Of a stretch of DNA of 64,000 bases, positions 1 through 8,616 are shown in pieces. Under the pieces are notes generated by a model that saw only the letters and a list, made by a program, of their open reading frames with translations, was not told where the DNA came from and did not search any database. The position numbers and the translations under genes were made by a program. Each line of letters starts with the position of its first letter. Positions within the stretch are counted from its first letter, which is position 1. The DNA lies in assembly GCA_001818675.1 (NCBI GenBank), contig MHJF01000006.1, positions 3,157-67,156 of the forward strand, read 5' to 3'. Source of the stretch: Candidatus Harrisonbacteria bacterium RIFCSPHIGHO2_02_FULL_40_20. Lineage in GTDB: Bacteria > Patescibacteriota > Minisyncoccia > UBA6257 > WO2-44-18.

Positions 1-419
1 CCTGGATTAAGCCGGATGTTATGAACGGCGTTAATCGGGGAATTGTTAGCAGAATGCCAGCTGATACCATCAAGGGTTGGCATGTTCGGGTGACTGAATG
101 GAATACTCTTAGATTTGTTGTGCGCAGTGGAAATTATGACGTTGCTTGGACTGACACCCATCCGATTTCTGCCGGTCAATGGTATCAAGTCGTGGCTGTT
201 TGGGACGGCGCCAAGCCAATGATTTATGTTAATGGTGTTTTAGATTCAGCTTATGATATTGCAGGCGGACTTAGCACGATTGGTACCGCTGGCCATGCTT
301 ATATTGGTTATGATGAAACTAATAACCGATATTTTGATGGCGCGATTGACGAGGTAAGAATTTATAATAGGGCATTATCAGCTCAAGAAGTTTCCAATCT
401 TTTTAACGCAGAAAACTAA
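1..419 (+). CDS. Laminin-G/concanavalin-A-like lectin domain protein (C-terminal part; 5' end outside window)
   Basis: ORF runs to the window edge with no upstream stop; the C-terminal motif DEVRIYNRALSAQEV is typical of the LamG_3 fold. Confidence 0.5.
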   Translation, partial: WIKPDVMNGVNRGIVSRMPADTIKGWHVRVTEWNTLRFVVRSGNYDVAWTDTHPISAGQWYQVVAVWDGAKPMIYVNGVLDSAYDIAGGLSTIGTAGHAYIGYDETNNRYFDGAIDEVRIYNRALSAQEVSNLFNAEN

Positions 420-429
420 GATTTTTAAT

Positions 430-456
430 ATCTATGGACATCCGATGTCCATAGAT
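430..456. repeat. REP-like palindrome tctatggacatcCgatgtccataga flanking the Y1 transposase
   Basis: 25-nt near-perfect palindrome; its exact reverse complement is found at 1207-1231 on the other side of the gene. Confidence 0.7.
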
Positions 457-459
457 TCT

Positions 460-1173
460 TTATTCTAATAAAGTTTCTTTTATATCTTCTAAATTGAGGT
501 GTTTAATCCATTCTTTTATATTTTTTCCATATTCGGTAGTTCCACCAAAATAGTTTAATAAAAATTCTCTTTGGGTAACGGATTGAAAATTTTTCTTTCC
601 TAAATAATCTATATGGCTACTCCAACGGTAATTTTCTAAAAATTGTATTGCTTTGTTATAATCTTTGATTTTTCTTTCTCTCCATTCCGGCGCTATTAAA
701 TCAAGGGGATTTAAATGAATATAATAGGGGATATGTATGAAATGAGCCTCTTGGTTGATGTGCACTAGTTTATATCTACCCTGAAATAAGGCACCGGATC
801 TTTGATATTTTTCATTGAAATATTTTGCATAACCCATATTAATTTTCTTCATAAACTGAGAAATTCCCTGATCATTCAGCGGTCTTAATAAAAGGTGATA
901 ATGATTATTCATTAAACAGAAAGCCAGAATTTCTACAAGTAATTTTCTTGGCTTTCTTTTCGAATCAATATATGGACGTCCGATGTCCATATATTGATTT
1001 TTCTTGTTTTGGCGGAAAAAGTAATTAACATTATTAGCGGACTCTAAATTATTAAATTCAAATAAGTCGTGAATAAATCGGAATCGATCAGAATCATCAA
1101 GAAACAGTTTTCTTTTATCCACGCCCCTATTAAGAACATGGTAAATATTACCAGCCGTACTCTTTCTTTTCAT
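460..1173 (-). CDS. IS200/IS605-family Y1 (HuH) transposase, REP-associated tyrosine transposase (RAYT)-like
   Basis: HuH motif NHYHLLL, conserved YHVLNRG N-terminus, C-terminal GRYK tyrosine region (COG1943-like); flanked by inverted REP hairpins. Confidence 0.7.
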   Translation of the reverse strand: MKRKSTAGNIYHVLNRGVDKRKLFLDDSDRFRFIHDLFEFNNLESANNVNYFFRQNKKNQYMDIGRPYIDSKRKPRKLLVEILAFCLMNNHYHLLLRPLNDQGISQFMKKINMGYAKYFNEKYQRSGALFQGRYKLVHINQEAHFIHIPYYIHLNPLDLIAPEWRERKIKDYNKAIQFLENYRWSSHIDYLGKKNFQSVTQREFLLNYFGGTTEYGKNIKEWIKHLNLEDIKETLLE

Positions 1174-1206
1174 ATAATATGATTATATATATTTTATAAA
1201 ATAAAT

Positions 1207-1231
1207 CTATGGACATCGGATGTCCATAGAT
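1207..1231. repeat. REP-like palindrome, inverted copy of 430-456
   Basis: tctatggacatcGgatgtccataga; 9 nt downstream of the 3' end of tRNA-Ala(CGC). Confidence 0.7.
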
Positions 1232-1239
1232 TTGAAATT

Positions 1240-1310
1240 TGGACCTAGGCGGAATTGAACCGCCGTCTCGGCAATGCGAATGCCGCGTTCTGCCACTGAA
1301 CCATAGGCCC
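1240..1310 (-). tRNA. tRNA-Ala (anticodon CGC)
   Basis: Cloverleaf read on the minus strand: acceptor GGGCCTA/TAGGTCC with G3:U70, anticodon loop TTCGCAT. Confidence 0.8.
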
Positions 1311-2333
1311 TTATCTTTTCGGCAAGTAATAGAACAGCTCTAAAATAATAAGCACAAACCAGCCGACTTGCAAGATAAAAAATAAGACTATTTGAATTAG
1401 TTCCAGCCGTTCATTTTTAGAAATAGAAAAATTCTCCGCAATGATTGTATATAAATTTTTTAAGGAATCTAATTTTTCTTGAACGGATTTCTTCCACTCC
1501 TCAAGTTTAAATTTTTTAGAAATTAGATCATAAAGCCGGGCGGAATACCAATCGCCGATTAATTTAATTTCTCGTTCTAGGGCATTAAATTCCGCGATAG
1601 ATTGAGATTGGAACAAAATGATATCTTTAAATGCTTGGGCGGTTTCTTTTTGACTAAAAAATGTTCTAGGCCGTTTTTGAATAAGCCGATTGGCCTTACT
1701 TAAGCGGCTATCTAGGTCAAAATCCAACATTCGATAGCGCAGTAAATCTAAATTAGTCAGTTGAAAAAGGTCTACCATAGCTTCAATTTGGTCGTTTGGC
1801 TCAAGAATCAACGCGCCGTCCCAATCCACCACCACTAGATCGTTTTTGGCATATTTGAGCTGAGTAGCCAGCGTGTATTCTATTTCTTTTTCATCCAGCG
1901 GCAACGCCTCCGATTTTAAGAATTTTACTATTTCTGCAGAATGTTTTTTTAAAATATCTTCGGGTTCGCCAACATAACCAGAAAGCACAGCTAGAGAATA
2001 TTCTTCGCTTAAATCAAGTTTACCCCCGTAATTTTTAGAAATTTTATGGCAAGCATCTACTAAGGCATCTCGCAATTTAAAAGTATCATTAGAAAAAAGA
2101 TCAGCAACGTCCGCGATAGCCTCTATCATCAAAACATCTGGGCGATATCCTCGGATAGAAAATTTAATCTGCCGTCCCATAACTTGCATAGTTTCCGAGC
2201 CAATTTCAAATTGTTTCGGCATAGAAGACTCATAGTATTGAGGAGCGCTTTGGATCGGCTTAGATTCTAGGGGGTTGCCGGAGCGGAGTTTTGGCGCTTC
2301 AGCTAGGACAAATGATATAAGTTTTGGGGTCAT
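1311..2333 (-). CDS. hypothetical protein with a C-terminal transmembrane anchor
   Basis: 340-aa ORF with a hydrophobic C-terminus (LIQIVLFFILQVGWFVLIILELFYY); no confident family assignment. Confidence 0.5.
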   Translation of the reverse strand: MTPKLISFVLAEAPKLRSGNPLESKPIQSAPQYYESSMPKQFEIGSETMQVMGRQIKFSIRGYRPDVLMIEAIADVADLFSNDTFKLRDALVDACHKISKNYGGKLDLSEEYSLAVLSGYVGEPEDILKKHSAEIVKFLKSEALPLDEKEIEYTLATQLKYAKNDLVVVDWDGALILEPNDQIEAMVDLFQLTNLDLLRYRMLDFDLDSRLSKANRLIQKRPRTFFSQKETAQAFKDIILFQSQSIAEFNALEREIKLIGDWYSARLYDLISKKFKLEEWKKSVQEKLDSLKNLYTIIAENFSISKNERLELIQIVLFFILQVGWFVLIILELFYYLPKR

Positions 2334-2479
2334 ATTCGTGATCGAGGGCTCTTTATAAAAATGGCCTTATATAGTATATTTTAACATAGAAAGAGGGGGG
2401 AAGATAAAGCCAAAAGCCCAGTAATAATGAGGATTTTTACGGGATAGGCTGAAACTATTACCCCCCTTAATCGTTATCT

Positions 2480-3031
2480 ATGTTAGAAGGCGAAGATAAG
2501 CTAATAAAGCGAGCCCAAAAAGGTGAGGGGGATTGTTTTGGCGATTTATACGACCATTACTTGCCTCCGCTTTATAGATACATTCTTTTAAGGGTGAGCA
2601 GCAAACAAGAGGCTGAAGATTTAACTCACGAAGTGTTTGTCAGCGCTTGGGAAAATCTGAAGGGCTATCGCTTACGTGGATTTCCGTTTTCTAGCTGGTT
2701 ATATAATATTGCCAGGAATAAAGTGATTGATTATTACCGTACCCGCAAGATTAATGTGGATATTGATGAGGTTGATCCAGATTTATTTAAACTTGCATCT
2801 AGCGTGGAAAAAGAAATAGACTTCGCTTTGGATTTTAAAAAAGTTAAAACCGCAATGTCTAAATTAGGAGAAGAACAGCAAGATGTTTTGATAATGCGTT
2901 TTGTAGATGATCTATCCCATAGAGAAATTGCCGTGGCAATGGAAAAGACAGAGGGAGCAGTACGCTTAGTACAACACAGGGCGCTGCAATCATTAAGAGA
3001 AATTTTAGAACATGGAAGACCAAATAATTAA
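2480..3031 (+). CDS. ECF-type RNA polymerase sigma-70 family factor
   Basis: Region 2 (EDLTHEVFVSAWENL...YNIARNKVIDYYR) and region 4 (LSHREIAVAMEKTEGAVRLVQHRALQSLRE) motifs. Confidence 0.85.
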   Translation: MLEGEDKLIKRAQKGEGDCFGDLYDHYLPPLYRYILLRVSSKQEAEDLTHEVFVSAWENLKGYRLRGFPFSSWLYNIARNKVIDYYRTRKINVDIDEVDPDLFKLASSVEKEIDFALDFKKVKTAMSKLGEEQQDVLIMRFVDDLSHREIAVAMEKTEGAVRLVQHRALQSLREILEHGRPNN

Positions 3032-3443
3032 AATTTTACAGTCTGCTCATAAATTAGAGCCAGACCAAGCATTTAAGAACCGTTCTCGCGCGTTGATTTT
3101 GAATCTGCCCAAACCAAAAAAATCGATTTTACGTTTTGGTATTTTTGAAAGCTTGCAGTTCGGCGCTGCCATTGGTTTTGCCACCATTCTTTTATTTGTT
3201 TTGGCCGGTGGACTTACTTATTTTATAGCCAGAGTTTCGCCAACGTTATTGGCAAGTTTTGACGAAAAGGGTTTATTAGAAGAAGCTTCCGGATTAGATT
3301 TTAGAATTCAGCTTGGCGAAGCTAAATATTTTGATGATTCTGCTCAACAGATCGCTGCGGTTTTAGAAGAAATTTCTAAGCAAAATAAAAAAGATAAAAA
3401 TAGTAATTCCGAGGATATTAATCTGAATTCTTTTATATTATAA
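3012..3443 (+). CDS. putative anti-sigma factor (single-pass membrane protein)
   Basis: Overlaps the sigma factor stop by 20 nt; one TM helix; assignment from context only. Confidence 0.4.
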   Translation: MEDQIIKILQSAHKLEPDQAFKNRSRALILNLPKPKKSILRFGIFESLQFGAAIGFATILLFVLAGGLTYFIARVSPTLLASFDEKGLLEEASGLDFRIQLGEAKYFDDSAQQIAAVLEEISKQNKKDKNSNSEDINLNSFIL

Positions 3444-3445
3444 GT

Positions 3446-3563
3446 CCCGTTAGAGACGGGTCGCCAAAGGCGACCGTAACTCGGCCGTTTTAATAAAAAT
3501 CGACTTTTTATGATTAAAATTAAACAATATTGCAGAAATCATAGATTGGTTGTCTCTAGCGGG
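3446..3563 (+). mobile_element. 118-bp MITE-like element, copy 1 (terminal inverted repeats cccgttagagac / gtctctagcggg)
   Basis: Near-identical inverted copy at 31433-31550; ends 3 nt before an ATG. Confidence 0.6.
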
Positions 3564-3566
3564 ATA

Positions 3567-4346
3567 ATGTTTTTACTGGTTTTATTACCGGTTTTTTGGG
3601 TTCATCCCACGAATGCCCAATCCGAAGATTTAAAGACCGCTAAAGAAGCGGTTCAGCAAAGCTATGATAAATTAGTGGAAGTTCAGGGCGAGCAGACGTT
3701 AACTAAAGAAGAACAAGCTAAACAAGAGTTAGAAGCTTTAATTGCCGCTTTAAAAGAAGTTGTGCAATTTACCATTACTGAAACTGAAAGTTTAATTCAG
3801 CATTTATCGGCTATTAAGGGATTATCTGTAGAAACCGCCAAATTACAATTAGATTATTTAAAAGAATTAGACGAATTTTTAATTTATCAGCAAGAATTTT
3901 TGATTAAAATAACTCCTCAAGAAGAGGTTGGAGCCTTGACCTTAGTTGAGATTAAACAATTAGCTTTAGATTTTAAAAATTGGAGAGAAACGGTTTATGA
4001 TCCTGAAATTAAAAAGATAGTTAGTTTTATTATGGTATTTAAGGGTTCCGAGCTATTGAGTATAGCGACTAGCCGTTTTAATAAAATTGCTTTGGATTTG
4101 CGGCTATTCCAAAATTCAAAGTTAATTAAAGTAGATCTTTTGATGCCAGTATTACAGCAAGCCGGCGATTATTTGAAAGAGGCATCAAAATTAAATCAAG
4201 TAGCAATAAAATCTTTATTAGCTACTTCCACTGATCCAGTAGATACTAATAAATTAGTGGAGCGGGTGGTTGGGCTTATTAAATCTTCTTACGGCAAATT
4301 TTTAGAGATGAGTTCTTTGGTGAAGAAGATGCTTAATATCCAGTAA
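3567..4346 (+). CDS. secreted coiled-coil protein (start moved from 3510 to 3567)
   Basis: The ORF-track N-terminus lies inside the repeat element; Met at 3567 starts a signal peptide MFLLVLLPVFWVHPTNAQS. Confidence 0.5.
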   Translation: MFLLVLLPVFWVHPTNAQSEDLKTAKEAVQQSYDKLVEVQGEQTLTKEEQAKQELEALIAALKEVVQFTITETESLIQHLSAIKGLSVETAKLQLDYLKELDEFLIYQQEFLIKITPQEEVGALTLVEIKQLALDFKNWRETVYDPEIKKIVSFIMVFKGSELLSIATSRFNKIALDLRLFQNSKLIKVDLLMPVLQQAGDYLKEASKLNQVAIKSLLATSTDPVDTNKLVERVVGLIKSSYGKFLEMSSLVKKMLNIQ

Positions 4347-4402
4347 TTAAGAGACAACAAAAAATTCCCATTAGGGGAATTTTTGTTTTGATCTTGAAAA
4401 TT

Positions 4403-4681
4403 TTATTTATTCACAGCTTCTTTTAGAGCCTTACCAGCGCGGAATTTTGGTTTGATGGAGGCGGCGATTTGAATTTTTACGCCGGTCTTAGGATTGATAC
4501 CCATGCGGGCAGCTCGCTTGGCAACTTTGAAAGTGCCAAAGCCGGTAAAAGCAACTTCCTCGCCTCGGCTTAGCGCTTTGACGACCGTATCTAATAAGGC
4601 ATCTACTACGGTTTGGGCCTGTTTTTTGCTTTCTAATCCAGCGGTTTTCATCACTGCGTCTACAACATCATCTTTTTTCAT
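4403..4681 (-). CDS. hup: HU family DNA-binding protein
   Basis: GFGTFKVAKRAARMGINPKTGVKIQIAASIKPKFRAGKALKEAVN; start taken at MKKDD (alternative upstream start at 4732). Confidence 0.85.
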   Translation of the reverse strand: MKKDDVVDAVMKTAGLESKKQAQTVVDALLDTVVKALSRGEEVAFTGFGTFKVAKRAARMGINPKTGVKIQIAASIKPKFRAGKALKEAVNK

Positions 4682-4838
4682 ATACTTAAGATTTATAATA
4701 CGAACTATACGAAATTTATACGAATGACACAATTTTTTTGTTCGTGTTATTCGTGTTTAGTTCGCGTTGTTGGTATTATTATTTCCCCTCGACCTTTTTT
4801 AAATAGGTTTTAATATCTTGGTTTTATTATAACAAATG

Positions 4839-6299
4839 CTACCTGGCGTATTCTACCGCTCTAGTCTCTCTCACCACATTAACTTTAATTTCTCCCGGGT
4901 ATTTCATTTCGGTTTGAATTTTATGGGCGATATCTTTGGCTAATTGAAACGCGCCAAAGTCATCAATTTTTTCTGGCACTACGAAGACTCGGATTTCCCG
5001 GCCGGCGGATAAGGCATAGACGGTTTTTACGCCCGCAAAGCCAGAGGCGATTTTTTCCAATTCTTCCAAGCGTTTCAGATAGTTTTCTACGGTATCGCGC
5101 CGGGCGCCGGGACGGGCGGCGGAGATAATATCTGCGGCGGCTACGACAAAAGATTCTGGGGTGGCGAAAGGATATTCTTCATGATGAGCCTCCATAGCCT
5201 GGACTACCTCATCTTTAATGCCATATTTTTGAAGTATTTTTCGCCCCAGTTCCACATGGGTTCCTTCCACTTCATGGCTGATGGCTTTTCCGATATCGTG
5301 CAATAAAGCGCCCTTTTTCGCTGTTTCCACGTTCATTTTTAGTTCTGCGGCGATAATGCCGGAAATGTGGGCCATTTCCACGGAGTGCACTAAAACGTTC
5401 TGGCCATAGCTGGTTCGGAAATGCAGTTTGCCTAAAAGCTGGAGCAGTTCTTTTGGCAAATCAATAATTCCTACTTCTAAAGCGGATTGTTCACCAATTT
5501 CTATCATCCGTTTGTTAAGTTCTTGGCGGGCTTCCTCTACTTTTTCTTCAATTTTTGCTGGCTGAATTCGGCCGTCTTTAATTAATTTTTCTAATGCCAT
5601 TCGGGCAATTTCGCGTCGAACTGGATCAAAAGAAGAAATTATAATACTTTCCGGCGCCTCATCAATCACCAGCTCAACGCCAGTGGCTTTTTCTAGCGTA
5701 CGGATATTTCTGCCTTCGCGGCCAATAATTTTTCCTTTGATTTCTTCGTTAGGAAGCTGGAAAGAAGTAGTGGTGATATCGGCAACGTGGGATCGAGAAT
5801 AACGTTGGATTGCCCCAGTAATTATTTCCAACGATTTTTTTTCTATTTCTTCTTTTCTATCTTTTTCTAGTTTTTGGATAGTTTTTACGATTTCTTCCTG
5901 ATGACTTTGCTCTAGCATTTTCATAAGTTGCGCTAGGGCATCTTTGGCAGTTAAACCGGCGATTTTTTCAAGATCCGCCATGGTTCTTTTTCGTAATTCG
6001 CTTACTTCAAATTTATCGTTTTCTAAAGTTTTTTCTTCTTTTTCTAAGCGACTTTCTTTAAACCGAATATCGCTGGAATATTTTTCCAGCGTTTCTTCTT
6101 TTTTAATCAGCCGTTCTTCTAGGCGATCTAGCTGACTCTTTTTTTCTTGCCCTTCTTTTTTGGCCTCCTCTAGGAGTTGGGCGGCCTTTTGTTCAAGCGA
6201 TTTAGCTTTTTGGGAGGAGAGTAAGTAGTTTGCGAAGTAGCCTACGGCTAAGCCTAATACAAGAAATCCCCCCGCTGTTAATAGGGTTATTGAGTCCAT
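4839..6299 (-). CDS. rny: ribonuclease Y
   Basis: N-terminal TM helix, coiled coil, KH domain (IIGREGRNIRTLEKATGVELVIDE) and HD domain (LLHDIGKA). Confidence 0.9.
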   Translation of the reverse strand: MDSITLLTAGGFLVLGLAVGYFANYLLSSQKAKSLEQKAAQLLEEAKKEGQEKKSQLDRLEERLIKKEETLEKYSSDIRFKESRLEKEEKTLENDKFEVSELRKRTMADLEKIAGLTAKDALAQLMKMLEQSHQEEIVKTIQKLEKDRKEEIEKKSLEIITGAIQRYSRSHVADITTTSFQLPNEEIKGKIIGREGRNIRTLEKATGVELVIDEAPESIIISSFDPVRREIARMALEKLIKDGRIQPAKIEEKVEEARQELNKRMIEIGEQSALEVGIIDLPKELLQLLGKLHFRTSYGQNVLVHSVEMAHISGIIAAELKMNVETAKKGALLHDIGKAISHEVEGTHVELGRKILQKYGIKDEVVQAMEAHHEEYPFATPESFVVAAADIISAARPGARRDTVENYLKRLEELEKIASGFAGVKTVYALSAGREIRVFVVPEKIDDFGAFQLAKDIAHKIQTEMKYPGEIKVNVVRETRAVEYAR

Positions 6300-6348
6300 A
6301 AACGAAATATTGTTTTATAATTTGCATCGACGTGTTAATTCTACCTTC

Positions 6349-6377
6349 TTGCTTTATTGCTGTCAATTTGTTATAAT
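6349..6377 (+). promoter_or_regulatory. sigma-70-like promoter (TTGCTT, 17 nt spacer, TATAAT)
   Basis: Read directly from the sequence in the rny-murB intergenic region. Confidence 0.5.
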
Positions 6378-6384
6378 CGTTTAT

Positions 6385-6478
6385 AGAGTGAGTGTTAGTA
6401 TTCCTTGACGATGATATCGACCAAGGAATGTCTTAACAAATTGTGGCTAAAAGACCCGCTTCGGCGGGTCTTTTAGTT
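6385..6478 (+). ncRNA. candidate small RNA (about 94 nt) with an internal hairpin and an intrinsic terminator
   Basis: Promoter at 6349-6377; hairpin attccttgacgatgatatcgaccaaggaat; terminator gacccgcttcggcgggtc followed by a T-run; no ORF. Confidence 0.4.
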
Positions 6479-6804
6479 TGCGGCAAAAACCTTTCTGTTT
6501 TAATATTAATTTATTGGATTATCCTGTAGAACTGCTAGTCTGTGTGTTGTGCATTAGGCGCCCTAAGGGGCTGCATAGACGCGCACTCACTTAACACCCC
6601 GCACTAAAAATTGGATTGCCCTTTGGAGTCGCCAGGACGCGCACTCACTTAACACAATTTGTATAAGAGGTCACCACTGGCGATTCCATAGGACAATTCA
6701 ATTGATCCAATTTTAGTGACGGGGCAGGCAATTTTGTATTAGGAGGTCACCACATGCAGCCCCTTAGGTTGCTTAGGTGTTGTTGCTGGCAGTTCCATAG
6801 GGCA

Positions 6805-7767
6805 ATGCAAGATTCTCTTTCTATGTTTCAATCCGAGGTTAATTTAAAGCACCTCAGCAATTATAAAATTGGCGGCGGAGCAGATTATTTTTTTAGCGCC
6901 AAAGATATTCAGAGACTAATCGGGGCTGTAGCCGTAGCTGAAAAAAACAACCTGCCAATTTTTATTTTAGGCGGAGGCACCAATCTGCTTATTAATGATG
7001 GCGGCTTTAAAGGGTTGGTATTAAAACCCGATATTAAAAAATTAGAAATTGAAAAATCGGATAAAGAGCAGGTATTAGTCAGGGTGGGCTCTGGCATTTT
7101 GGTTACGGAATTTTTGAATTTTTTGATTAGCAATTCTTTATCCGGAATGGAGTGGGCTGGAGGTTTGCCGGGTACTGTTGGTGGCGCAATTCGAGGTAAT
7201 GCCGGAGCTTTTACTGGCGAAACTAAGGATGCGGTAGCGGAGGTAGTGAGTTTAGATATTTCCAAGAAGCAGCCTAAAATAATTCGTCGCGATAATAAAG
7301 AATGTAAATTTGGATACCGAAATAGCATATTTAAAATTAATGATGGAAGAGAAATAATTACGGAAGCTGTTTTTTATTTTCAGAGAGGAGATAAACAAGC
7401 GATTAAGAAATTGGTGGAAGAAAAAATCAATTATCGCCGTTCTCGGCATCCTATGGAATATCCGAATATCGGCAGTATTTTTAAAAATGTTGATTTAAGG
7501 TTGATTCCTAAAAATAAACAAAAAAACTTTGCTAATATAGTTAAAAAGGATCCCTTTCCGGTTATTCCTACTGCTTATTTAATTTCTGAAGCTGGATTAA
7601 GGGGTGTGAGTTATGGCGGAGCAATGATTTCTCCTAAGCACCCTAATTTTATAGTGAATGCTTTGGACGCGAATGCCAAAGATGTAAAAACGCTTATCAA
7701 TTTAGTGAAGGCTTCAGTTAAAAGAAAATTTGGAGTAAGTTTAGAAGAGGAAATTATTTATGTGTAG
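6805..7767 (+). CDS. murB: UDP-N-acetylenolpyruvoylglucosamine reductase
   Basis: FAD-binding N-terminus NLKHLSNYKIGGGADYF and MurB C-terminal domain; start placed at MQDSLS (ORF-track start 6754 lies inside a repeated segment). Confidence 0.8.
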   Translation: MQDSLSMFQSEVNLKHLSNYKIGGGADYFFSAKDIQRLIGAVAVAEKNNLPIFILGGGTNLLINDGGFKGLVLKPDIKKLEIEKSDKEQVLVRVGSGILVTEFLNFLISNSLSGMEWAGGLPGTVGGAIRGNAGAFTGETKDAVAEVVSLDISKKQPKIIRRDNKECKFGYRNSIFKINDGREIITEAVFYFQRGDKQAIKKLVEEKINYRRSRHPMEYPNIGSIFKNVDLRLIPKNKQKNFANIVKKDPFPVIPTAYLISEAGLRGVSYGGAMISPKHPNFIVNALDANAKDVKTLINLVKASVKRKFGVSLEEEIIYV

Positions 7768-7874
7768 GGGTTAGGGTATGGCCAAAAGCCAATAGGTTAT
7801 AATGAAGTTTTGAAAATGCTACACGGTCTTAATAAATCACTATTGGCTAAACCCTAGACCCTATTGGTTATATT

Positions 7875-8237
7875 ATGAAAATAAATATAAAATACTCTAA
7901 CTTAGATTCTACGCTGGCGATTGAGGAATATATTAATCAGAAGATTGGCGCGCTGGAAAAATTTGTTGAGGCCTTAGATAAAAAAGGCGCCGTTAAAGCG
8001 CGAGTAGAAATTGCGCGTACCACTAAGCATCATCAAAAAGGCGAGGTTTATCATGCGGAGTGTAACTTAGAATTGCCCGGAAAGTTATTGCGCGCGGAAG
8101 CTGAAAATTGGGATATTCGTTTAGCGATAGATGAAATAAGAGATATTCTGGCTTTAGAAATTAAACAATATAGCGAAAAGTTTCGGCCGCAGGACGGCAG
8201 GGGACAGGAAAAGTTGCGTAACTTGCGTGGGAAATAA
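7875..8237 (+). CDS. hpf: ribosome hibernation-promoting factor / RaiA (short form)
   Basis: MKINIKYSNL...LEEYINQKIGALEKF S30AE-family N-terminus; 120 aa. Confidence 0.75.
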   Translation: MKINIKYSNLDSTLAIEEYINQKIGALEKFVEALDKKGAVKARVEIARTTKHHQKGEVYHAECNLELPGKLLRAEAENWDIRLAIDEIRDILALEIKQYSEKFRPQDGRGQEKLRNLRGK

Positions 8238-8239
8238 AA

Positions 8240-8275
8240 AACCCGCTCCGATGTTCTGGAGCGGGTTGATGATTT
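8240..8275. terminator. bidirectional intrinsic terminator
   Basis: aaaaaacccgctccgatgttctggagcgggtt followed by a T-run; lies between hpf (+) and the convergent paralogue gene (-). Confidence 0.6.
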
Positions 8276-8276
8276 T

Positions 8277-8600
8277 TTATATTTCCGGAAGATTTTCTGG
8301 ATTCACAATTTGAGGCGCGATGGTTTCTGTGTTCCAGTTGATTCGGCCTTCTGCGTGAAGTTGGTTCAGTATGCGGGCGATCTTTGTCGCTTTGAACCAG
8401 TCGTGGAGGTCGTGGAAATTACTTGGTGAATTTCTGGGTATTGCGCAATATGATGTGACCCCTGTTCGGAACGTGCCAGCAACTGCAAAATCACGGATTG
8501 TCGGATTTTTGAGATCGTGGCGATCATCCACGAAAAAAGGTGGTTTGGCCGGATCTCTTTGTTTCGGCCACACTGACAGAACCTCTATGAGTTCGTCCAT
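8277..8600 (-). CDS. hypothetical protein, paralogue A of a tandem pair
   Basis: Shares WP(K/R)xRDPxxPFFV, AGTFxxGxT...AIPxN and LNxLHxxGxIxW motifs with the adjacent ORF; start taken at MDELIEV. Confidence 0.55.
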   Translation of the reverse strand: MDELIEVLSVWPKQRDPAKPPFFVDDRHDLKNPTIRDFAVAGTFRTGVTSYCAIPRNSPSNFHDLHDWFKATKIARILNQLHAEGRINWNTETIAPQIVNPENLPEI

Positions 8601-8616
8601 GTTAGGTCTCCTTAGG

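Noticed and set aside
4494-4727. ORF-track CDS of 77 aa antisense to hup
   Set aside because: Low-complexity translation on the opposite strand of a well-supported HU gene.
6579-6656. CRISPR-like direct repeat (20-mer x2)
   Set aside because: Only two copies with a 38-nt spacer, no further units and no cas genes. Better explained as a local duplication.
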